Part shown: one piece after another, positions 8,727 to 14,859 of the stretch
Layout of the letters: each line of letters begins with the position of its first letter
Position numbering within the stretch: position 1 is the stretch's first letter
Origin: a virus
Taxonomy: Duplodnaviria > Caudoviricetes
Reading direction: 5' to 3' (one strand)
DNA: 29,969 nt
Virus record (IMG/VR): IMGVR_UViG_3300044698_000279
Coordinates: 1 to 29,969 of that record
Notes under the pieces: generated by a model
Databases searched by the model: none
What the model was told of the DNA's origin: nothing
What the model saw: only the letters and a program-made list of their open reading frames with translations
Made by a program: the position numbers and the translations under genes

Positions 8727-9232
8727 ACGACCTCCATTTGCCCCATCAAGGGGCCGGGGATTTCGCGCCCCGGCTCGCGGGAAAGGAGGAAGTATGCTTT
8801 AAAATAAAGCCGAATAAATATTTGAATGAGAAATACCGATAATGTGGCATGGATATTGAAAAAGCCACTGTCATTGCAAACAAAGCGATCAGGTTTTATG
8901 AGGATACTCAACCCTTTCAAATACCATTCAGAAATATTCTGGTTGATGTACTTATTGTATCCGGTGACAATGTACGCTTTGAACCCTCTATGCTCTGGGC
9001 TGGAATCAATAGCAACATCGTTATCGACGCAATGGCCAAAATTCCTCGTTGCGCTAACGATGACCAACTGAACGATGATGATATTGATAAGTGCTACTTT
9101 ACTGTATTTCATAAATATAAACTTCTCACAATTCGGCGCATGATGCGTTACAACGAGGTACTTCATTATTGTGCCTACATGCCGGCGGCGACTTGGGTTG
9201 AATTCCAACCGCTTTGAGTGATTCTCTGACAT
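8723..9232 (-). CDS. Minus-strand ORF covering the antisense gene (possible translational filler)
   Basis: Stop overlaps start of 8523..8726 (ATGA); protein resembles no family I recognise. Confidence 0.3.
   Translation of the reverse strand: MSENHSKRLEFNPSRRRHVGTIMKYLVVTHHAPNCEKFIFMKYSKVALINIIIVQLVIVSATRNFGHCVDNDVAIDSSPEHRGFKAYIVTGYNKYINQNISEWYLKGLSILIKPDRFVCNDSGFFNIHATLSVFLIQIFIRLYFKAYFLLSREPGREIPGPLMGQMEVV
8815..8842 (+). promoter_or_regulatory. Putative sigma28 (FliA/SigD) promoter TAAA-N16-ACCGATAA
   Basis: Resembles TAAA-N15/16-GCCGATAA consensus; ends 6 nt before ATG 8849. Confidence 0.55.
8849..9217 (+). CDS. Hypothetical protein, antisense to early operon (leaderless)
   Basis: 122 aa; no SD; shares its upstream motif with the 9890 gene. 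Confidence 0.65.
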   Translation: MDIEKATVIANKAIRFYEDTQPFQIPFRNILVDVLIVSGDNVRFEPSMLWAGINSNIVIDAMAKIPRCANDDQLNDDDIDKCYFTVFHKYKLLTIRRMMRYNEVLHYCAYMPAATWVEFQPL

Positions 9233-9371
9233 TTTCTACCATTGACGGTTTAAACCTGTCGAGGCCGCGACCATTCATCACGGATCCAATTATATAGGTG
9301 TCATAATTTATTCCTGTTTTTTCAGAGATCATTTTAGATATATCTCTGTAACTCATGCACGCTGTACTCAT
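9126..9371 (-). CDS. HTH DNA-binding protein
   Basis: MSYRDISKMISEKTGINYDTYIIGSVMNGR; AGGAG RBS. Confidence 0.7.
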   Translation of the reverse strand: MSTACMSYRDISKMISEKTGINYDTYIIGSVMNGRGLDRFKPSMVENVRESLKAVGIQPKSPPACRHNNEVPRCNASCAEL

Positions 9372-9372
9372 C

Positions 9373-9540
9373 TCATTCTCCTTTTTTGTAATACTGACTT
9401 GCTGGCGTTGCGTCCAGTTGCCAGATTTCGTTGGTAAATTTTGCTTTCATTTTTTTACCCTTGAATTTCTTCAAACGAGTTTCACTGATTCCTGTAATGG
9501 TGGCTGTCTTCTTTGCCGAGAAAGATTCGGCCGTTTTCAT
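9373..9540 (-). CDS. 55-aa protein: HTH-like N-half plus transposase D1-motif-like C-half
   Basis: ATG 9540 overlaps upstream stop; AKFTNEIWQLDATPASQYY resembles transposase AKYPNHVWAIDATVAAQFY. Confidence 0.6.
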   Translation of the reverse strand: MKTAESFSAKKTATITGISETRLKKFKGKKMKAKFTNEIWQLDATPASQYYKKGE

Positions 9541-9845
9541 CCTGCCCTCCTGGACTCTTTTGGCCACTCTTTCAGCAGCGGCCAGAGGTTCAAAACTTGC
9601 TCGTCGCTCAATTCGAGATCGTTTTGAATCGCCTCGATGATCCATACGATTTGCTCGCGACCGCCAAGCGTTGCGCTTAATCGTTGAAATCTGAGATCAA
9701 GCTTGCTTGCGGCTGCGGTTAAACTTCCGCCATGTTTGGCGACCAGCATTTGGCGAACGGCCTTGAGGCTCGTCGGTTGAATCTGCCGCCAGTTGTGGGT
9801 CTTCGCTGCTTCGCGGTGAAGATCGTTCATTGTCATTGTGCTCAT
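9537..9845 (-). CDS. Ner/Nlp-like HTH regulator
   Basis: GSLTAAASKLDL...LSATL...IIEAIQNDLELSDEQVLNLWP resembles Mu Ner; AGGAG RBS. Confidence 0.65.
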   Translation of the reverse strand: MSTMTMNDLHREAAKTHNWRQIQPTSLKAVRQMLVAKHGGSLTAAASKLDLRFQRLSATLGGREQIVWIIEAIQNDLELSDEQVLNLWPLLKEWPKESRRAG

Positions 9846-10291
9846 ATTTGCTCCTGTAATTTTATTGTGTAAAATGCCGATAATCGGGTATGGTTGATTA
9901 TAAAAAAGTTCTTAGGCGCATTAAGAAGGTTCCTAAAGAATATGCGGATTTGATTCTTGCAGCCGAGGAAGCTCCGCATAAAAATCGATCCAAAGAGACA
10001 ATAAATCAAATCCTGAAAAAGAATCGATGCGACTGTACGATAATTATCTATAAACCATATTTCTTTAATTTTGTTTCTGTCTGGAACATTGAATCCAGAT
10101 TCGCACTTGCTTATTTGCGGGATGTTGAAACTGTTTTCCGTGAATCTTCGAGTCGATTGGTAATCTATGACAATGCCATGAACCGAATCGGTTTGTGGCA
10201 CCTTGATGAATGCCATATCATTGAAATCAGTTCGGCATTGCCTGCTGCAAAGATTCATTACGCCAAGGCTGATAGAGTTAGATAATGTCAT
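9842..10291 (-). CDS. Minus-strand ORF covering the antisense gene (possible translational filler)
   Basis: ATGA overlaps with both flanking early genes. Confidence 0.4.
   Translation of the reverse strand: MTLSNSISLGVMNLCSRQCRTDFNDMAFIKVPQTDSVHGIVIDYQSTRRFTENSFNIPQISKCESGFNVPDRNKIKEIWFIDNYRTVASILFQDLIYCLFGSIFMRSFLGCKNQIRIFFRNLLNAPKNFFIINHTRLSAFYTIKLQEQI
9857..9883 (+). promoter_or_regulatory. Putative sigma28 (FliA/SigD) promoter TAAT-N15-GCCGATAA
   Basis: Perfect GCCGATAA -10 at 9876-9883, 6 nt before ATG 9890. Confidence 0.6.
9890..10285 (+). CDS. Hypothetical protein, antisense to early operon (leaderless)
   Basis: 131 aa; no SD; sigma28-like promoter immediately upstream. Confidence 0.65.
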   Translation: MVDYKKVLRRIKKVPKEYADLILAAEEAPHKNRSKETINQILKKNRCDCTIIIYKPYFFNFVSVWNIESRFALAYLRDVETVFRESSSRLVIYDNAMNRIGLWHLDECHIIEISSALPAAKIHYAKADRVR

Positions 10292-10599
10292 ATATTTTTT
10301 AATACCTCGCCAGCGTATTGATAAAACTGTTTTTGCGAAAGCGCCTCGTGATGCTGCTTTAACGAATATAATTTTTGCTTCATGAGATTTGTTCGCTTAC
10401 CTGCGATATGAAGACGATGCGTTAATTCCTTATTGCTCTTATCAAGATCAGATATAATCTCGCTGACCTCCGCTTCGGAATATGTTTTAACCGCATGTTT
10501 TTTTGCAACCGTCATACAACCGCCTCCTTGCTTTTTCGCGATGATATCAGCTATTTCCCTGTAGCTAAATTCGTATTTTTTCTGTGTGCGCTTTTTCAT
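10288..10599 (-). CDS. Hypothetical protein (coiled coil; alternative start at 10515)
   Basis: ATGA overlap at 10596-10599; internal AAGGAGG RBS before ATG 10515. Confidence 0.65.
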   Translation of the reverse strand: MKKRTQKKYEFSYREIADIIAKKQGGGCMTVAKKHAVKTYSEAEVSEIISDLDKSNKELTHRLHIAGKRTNLMKQKLYSLKQHHEALSQKQFYQYAGEVLKNI

Positions 10600-10814
10600 A
10601 CCGCCACCTCTGCAATTTCGCTGACCTGCGCGTTATCTTCTACTGGAACATATTTCCATGTGTCCTGATTTTTACCTTCCGCTCGACCACGCCAACTTCC
10701 CCTCTCAAAACAATTGTCTCTACGGTTAAACCATTTGTGGCTCCAATGCCCATTATCTCTCTGATAGTCCATGCCTATCAGTTCCCCGTCTTTGTTAAAA
10801 ATATTAAACCTCAT
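10596..10814 (-). CDS. First early gene, hypothetical
   Basis: AAGGAG RBS before ATG 10814. Confidence 0.65.
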   Translation of the reverse strand: MRFNIFNKDGELIGMDYQRDNGHWSHKWFNRRDNCFERGSWRGRAEGKNQDTWKYVPVEDNAQVSEIAEVAV

Positions 10815-10843
10815 ATTTTCATCTCCTTTCGTTCTTGACATCA

Positions 10844-10864
10844 TAAGTGCCACCGTGGCACTTA
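10844..10864. repeat. Perfect inverted repeat TAAGTGCCAC-C-GTGGCACTTA in the early leader
   Basis: 10-bp arms; operator or RNA hairpin. Confidence 0.65.
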
Positions 10865-10866
10865 AT

Positions 10867-10905
10867 TAACAGTAACAATAACAGTAATAACAGTAATAAC
10901 AGTAA
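10867..10905. repeat. Four direct repeats of TAACAGTAA
   Basis: Copies at 10867, 10879, 10888 and 10897; match the operator half-site. Confidence 0.8.
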
Positions 10906-10907
10906 CA

Positions 10908-10959
10908 AATATATAACAATTATTGGTATCGTCAAGCAAAAACTTAACAGTTATTGTTA
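10908..10959 (-). promoter_or_regulatory. Early promoter (TTGACG-N16-TATATT) with two quasi-palindromic operators
   Basis: -35 at 10935-10930, -10 at 10913-10908; TAACAATTATTGGTA (10914-10928) fills the spacer; TAACAGTTATTGTTA at 10945-10959. Confidence 0.7.
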
Positions 10960-10994
10960 TTTTTTGTGAATTTCAGGGGACTTTTTAACGATAA

Positions 10995-11423
10995 ATGAAT
11001 ATTGTAGCCGAAAACTTTTCAAAAATGATCGATGCTCTGACGAATTCAAAGCAAATAAAAAATGCCAGTCAGTTATCTGAGGAAATTGGTATAACGAAAT
11101 CTGCGATATACGAAATTATTAATGGCCGGGTAAAAAAGCTATCGGGAACGATGGTTGAACTTCTACGCCTAAAATACAACATAAACCCAGACTGGCTTCT
11201 CACTGGCGAAGGCAAGATGTTTCTGCCAACCAAACCCGGCGAACTGCCCCGTGAAATTCAAGAGATCAACGAAATATTGATGCGTAACCCCGACTGGGCG
11301 CGGGCAAATCTGAATTTGCTAAAAGGGGGAGAAAGTGCGGCAGATTTGGTCAAAGCTCTATCGTCTCTGAATGATTCAGAGCGCGTGATGGCCGCCAAGA
11401 TGTTGAAAGGTTTGCAGCATTAA
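10995..11423 (+). CDS. CI-like prophage repressor (HTH, no S24 peptidase domain)
   Basis: SQLSEEIGITKSAIYEIINGR HTH and INPDWLLTGEGKMF motif; divergent from early operon. Confidence 0.85.
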   Translation: MNIVAENFSKMIDALTNSKQIKNASQLSEEIGITKSAIYEIINGRVKKLSGTMVELLRLKYNINPDWLLTGEGKMFLPTKPGELPREIQEINEILMRNPDWARANLNLLKGGESAADLVKALSSLNDSERVMAAKMLKGLQH

Positions 11424-11517
11424 ACAAAATGGTAAAGTTTGTCTTGTAGTATTGTCGATATGATTAAAGACATTCTACACTATGCAGAATGAATAAATAG
11501 AGGTGTGAGGGGATTAA

Positions 11518-12009
11518 ATGAGTTCTTTAAATTTTGATTCTGCAACCGGGTACTTAAAAAATCCGCCGCCGATATATGAATTGGATTTTTCTACATTTGA
11601 TAGTCAATATGGAAATTGGGAAAAGAAGAAATTCGTTTTGCAACTTTTGAAAGATTATTGTATTAATTTAAATAAAAATGCGATTAGACCAAAGTACATT
11701 ATTATTGGCGGTGAATATGTAAGGAATTCAGAATCAATTAATAAATTGAAAGTAATACTTGTCTTCGCGGCCCGCGATGAGATAACACCTGTGATTCATG
11801 AGTATATTCAGAAAAAGGGAAAATACGTTGCGAAGTACAATCAGATAATTGAGCCCAAAGGATTTATAAAACTTTCTATCGGGGCAGATTACTCAAAGAA
11901 ACTCGCTGAGGATGACATGGTAAAGGCTTTACAATATGAGCATTTATTGGATAATAAATTACAAACGGTCGGCGTAATTTGTTTGCAGTTTGACGGGATA
12001 ACAACATGA
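11518..12009 (+). CDS. Moron protein, possibly a degenerate DUF6932/Pol-beta nucleotidyltransferase-like fold
   Basis: FD..TGYL..PPPIYELDFSTFDSQYG...YIIIGGEYV pattern; AT-rich; GAGGGG RBS. Confidence 0.5.
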   Translation: MSSLNFDSATGYLKNPPPIYELDFSTFDSQYGNWEKKKFVLQLLKDYCINLNKNAIRPKYIIIGGEYVRNSESINKLKVILVFAARDEITPVIHEYIQKKGKYVAKYNQIIEPKGFIKLSIGADYSKKLAEDDMVKALQYEHLLDNKLQTVGVICLQFDGITT

Positions 12010-12926
12010 ACAGATTGGAAATAATAAAAAGCAACTTTTCTAAATATCTCGAAGAAATTCCGAATAGTTTAGGATTAATTCAAAAAATGTCTGACGAATA
12101 TTCGGGTAACGAAGATTTGTACACATTTCAAAGCAGAATATTTTTAGAAAGAATGGATACTCTTATGAGAGATCTGGAAGATTATTTGCGATTGAATGAA
12201 ATACGGGCGATGGCTTATCCCTATACTATACGCTTTGAAACGCACTTACATGAAATTTTTATGGATGCAGCAAAGGCAGGCAGAGTAATCAGTTCATTTC
12301 AGAAAGGTATTCACGCATTAAATAGCGCAACGAAAATTAATCTTGTAAATATACTCCGAGGCAGTACAATACTATGTTTTGATTACGATCAAACCAATTA
12401 TGATGACAACAAATTTGACAGGGAAGATTTAAACAAAAAATTTCATGATGTATGCGCGGCATTGAATCAAGATGATGAGAACATATCGAAGCAAGAGGTA
12501 GAAAAAATATTGCCAGAAACCGTGATGATGAATCGATTTCTCTCATCGCTGAAAAATCTCACACCGGTACCAGGCGCAGAGGTAAAATCAGTTGCATTGG
12601 GAATAGATTACTACATAAAACCGATTACCTTTAGTGAAGATATTAGGAAAACGATTAACTTCATTAAACCCGCAACAAAAAGAAAAAGCGAATATGTCGA
12701 CTGGGAAAATTCTAAAGCCTCTGGTTTTGTTCGTGAAATAAATAACGTTACCAAGAGTTTTATTTTATTTGATGATGAAAATGAGGACGTTGAAGCCGGT
12801 GAGTTAATCAAACTACACTATCGTGAAGATTCGATTGAGAAACATGTTTACAAGAATTTCAAGAAAAAAGTTACAATTGAGTTTTCAAAAGAAAAGTCAA
12901 AATACTTCGTGGAACGTTTAAGTTAA
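12006..12926 (+). CDS. Moron hypothetical protein, coupled to the previous gene
   Basis: 306 aa, AT-rich, ATGA overlap; beta-rich C-terminus (OB-like guess). Confidence 0.75.
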   Translation: MNRLEIIKSNFSKYLEEIPNSLGLIQKMSDEYSGNEDLYTFQSRIFLERMDTLMRDLEDYLRLNEIRAMAYPYTIRFETHLHEIFMDAAKAGRVISSFQKGIHALNSATKINLVNILRGSTILCFDYDQTNYDDNKFDREDLNKKFHDVCAALNQDDENISKQEVEKILPETVMMNRFLSSLKNLTPVPGAEVKSVALGIDYYIKPITFSEDIRKTINFIKPATKRKSEYVDWENSKASGFVREINNVTKSFILFDDENEDVEAGELIKLHYREDSIEKHVYKNFKKKVTIEFSKEKSKYFVERLS

Positions 12927-12945
12927 TTCCAATTCTCAAAAATTC

Positions 12946-12974
12946 TTGACGTTATGTCTCTTTTTTCTTATTAT
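12946..12974 (+). promoter_or_regulatory. Sigma70-type promoter TTGACG-N17-TATTAT
   Basis: Near-consensus hexamers; in-frame GTG at 12981 sits at the expected +1. Confidence 0.6.
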
Positions 12975-12980
12975 CGGGTC

Positions 12981-13259
12981 GTGGCGAAATCTGCGGTACA
13001 ATCAGTACAATCAAATCAACTTGAATTTAATTTTGATTTCCGTACGCTCGCAACTGGAATGAAAGATTTAATCCGCACTTCTGATGCTGCGCGAATTCTC
13101 GATTGTTCCCCTGATACTGTCATTCGTTATTACAATGAAGGTTTGATACCTGGTATTAAGCGTCGAGGTACTCGAGGCCGCAGTGAATACCGTTTTGTAA
13201 AGGTTGATATTCTTCAGTTTATCGAACGTAATTACGGCCGTAAGACTTACGACAATTAA
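12981..13259 (+). CDS. Xis/MerR-type HTH protein, probable late-gene activator (start may be 13059)
   Basis: IRTSDAARILDCSPDTVIRYYNEGLIPG...EYRFVKVDILQFIE; immediately precedes the first late promoter. Confidence 0.75.
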   Translation: MAKSAVQSVQSNQLEFNFDFRTLATGMKDLIRTSDAARILDCSPDTVIRYYNEGLIPGIKRRGTRGRSEYRFVKVDILQFIERNYGRKTYDN

Positions 13260-13275
13260 AAAACTTTCAGCAACT

Positions 13276-13336
13276 CACGCATCAGCCGTATCAACGGCAT
13301 CATACTCTTGTAATTTTAATTCTTATCGTTTATACT
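13276..13336 (+). promoter_or_regulatory. Late promoter 1: activator box + TTGTAA-N17-TATACT
   Basis: 13276-13316 matches 19902-19942 at 37/41 positions; ATG 13343 is 6 nt after the -10. Confidence 0.75.
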
Positions 13337-13342
13337 TCCTTC

Positions 13343-13609
13343 ATGGATTTTATGGTGGTTATCGCTACATTTCTGTTAAATCTCATTCTTGTAATCGTCG
13401 GGGGTCTTGTTTTTTATTTCAAGGCTGATAAAGGCACGGCAGTAAAACTTGCCGTGCACGATCAGGAGATTGCCTCTCTTTTCAAGATGCTCAATACTGT
13501 TACAGCAGAACTCAAGGAAATCGCGAAAGAACTTCACATAATCACCCTGGAACTTGCGGGCAAAAAGCCCAGGAGGAAAAATGAGAGACGAATCGAAATT
13601 ACTAAGTGA
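13343..13609 (+). CDS. Holin-like membrane protein
   Basis: N-terminal TM, coiled coil, basic C-terminus; first late gene. Confidence 0.55.
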   Translation: MDFMVVIATFLLNLILVIVGGLVFYFKADKGTAVKLAVHDQEIASLFKMLNTVTAELKEIAKELHIITLELAGKKPRRKNERRIEITK

Positions 13610-13907
13610 TGAAAATCAGAGACTACATAATTCAAATCTGGATCTGGCACAGGCGAATATAAATCTATTATCGCTTCTTGAACAAGAGAAGTGCAAAATG
13701 CCTGTTCGAGGTAAAAACCGAATTGGTCTTGTGTTGTCAGTTCTTGCAATTGCCGGCGGGCAGTTTACACCTGTCGAGCCAATGGATCTTCTCGGCGCAA
13801 AGTTCAACTCAAATATTCTGCAAATCTCTGGCGCATTCATTTTAATTGTTCAGCTTGCCGGGCCGTATATTCTGCAACTGGTCAATGCCATTAGGGGGAA
13901 CAAATGA
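13581..13907 (+). CDS. Two-TM membrane protein (lysis cassette)
   Basis: AGGAGG RBS before ATG 13581; two hydrophobic segments. Confidence 0.55.
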   Translation: MRDESKLLSDENQRLHNSNLDLAQANINLLSLLEQEKCKMPVRGKNRIGLVLSVLAIAGGQFTPVEPMDLLGAKFNSNILQISGAFILIVQLAGPYILQLVNAIRGNK

Positions 13908-14341
13908 GACTTCTGGATGAACTGCGGGCAATTGCCCTCACTTTCATTTTTTCGCTTTTGATTGTTCTTATGGGCTTTGGTTTTTCTGGCTGTGTTTCGG
14001 CTTCGAAAAAAGCCGCCGTTAAAACTGCCGAGAATGCCCAGGCTCTGGCTGATGATGCCGACAAATTTCTCGAGAAAGTCAAAACCGAGGGCATGACGCC
14101 GGAAAATGAAACCGAGGCCATTAAAAAAATTCAGAACTACTCTGCCGGGCTGAAAGATTGCGGTCAGAGTGTCATTGAGATTCAGCGTGAGGTTGAATCT
14201 GAAAAAGCAGGTGCCGATGGACGATATTTGAAAGTTTTGTTTTCGCTCATTGGTTTAATTGTTCTCAATGTACTATACGGAATCTGGCGATTCAGGAGTA
14301 CCCTTCTATCATGGGTGGCAAAAGGTATCCTGAAAGTTTAA
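13904..14341 (+). CDS. Lipoprotein with C-terminal TM, candidate unimolecular spanin
   Basis: Signal peptide ending FSG-C, helical middle, C-terminal TM LFSLIGLIVLNVLYGIW. Confidence 0.6.
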   Translation: MRLLDELRAIALTFIFSLLIVLMGFGFSGCVSASKKAAVKTAENAQALADDADKFLEKVKTEGMTPENETEAIKKIQNYSAGLKDCGQSVIEIQREVESEKAGADGRYLKVLFSLIGLIVLNVLYGIWRFRSTLLSWVAKGILKV

Positions 14342-14859
14342 AAGAGCGGGCCTTTCGTATTTACTACGATACCGGGTCGCTCTCCGAGGTCGTCCGTGTT
14401 TTGAAAAAAGAATTCAAAGGCATCTCGAAAAGTACTATATCCAAGTGGGCGCTCGAAGCGGACGCCAGGGGAAAGAACTGGTATGAGCGCCGCTCTGAAA
14501 TTCAGGCGAAAAACCATGAGCATGTTGATGAACAGATTGCGGGGGATCGGAAAAAATTATTACAAGAGTCTGCAAAATTTAACGATCGGCTTTTAAGTCA
14601 GCTGCCTGCCCTGGAAGCTAAAACACTTGAGGGTGCGACATTTGCAAAAATCGCTCTGTCAAAATTTATGCTCGAGCAATCTGGCACAGATCGCAATTCT
14701 GAGCAAACTGCCAAGAATGCAATTAATGCGTTCATGCTTGCCCTGAAAGAAGATTCAGAGATAGCAGCAATTCTGGATAGAAAATGGCCAAGTATCGAAG
14801 AACGATTTTATAATCATCTCGAACGTCTGGAAAAAGCTGATCGGAAAAAGAAAAAATGA
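14311..14859 (+). CDS. Terminase small subunit (HTH)
   Basis: N-terminal HTH (SLSEVVRVL...ISKSTISKW), directly upstream of TerL. Confidence 0.7.
   Translation: MGGKRYPESLKERAFRIYYDTGSLSEVVRVLKKEFKGISKSTISKWALEADARGKNWYERRSEIQAKNHEHVDEQIAGDRKKLLQESAKFNDRLLSQLPALEAKTLEGATFAKIALSKFMLEQSGTDRNSEQTAKNAINAFMLALKEDSEIAAILDRKWPSIEERFYNHLERLEKADRKKKK

Noticed and set aside
8849-10285. Homology between the two antisense proteins
   Set aside because: Only faint terminal resemblance (YED/YAD, PAA); not supportable by eye
10867-10905. Tandem repeats as a possible CRISPR or iteron array
   Set aside because: 9-bp units without unique spacers; match operator half-sites
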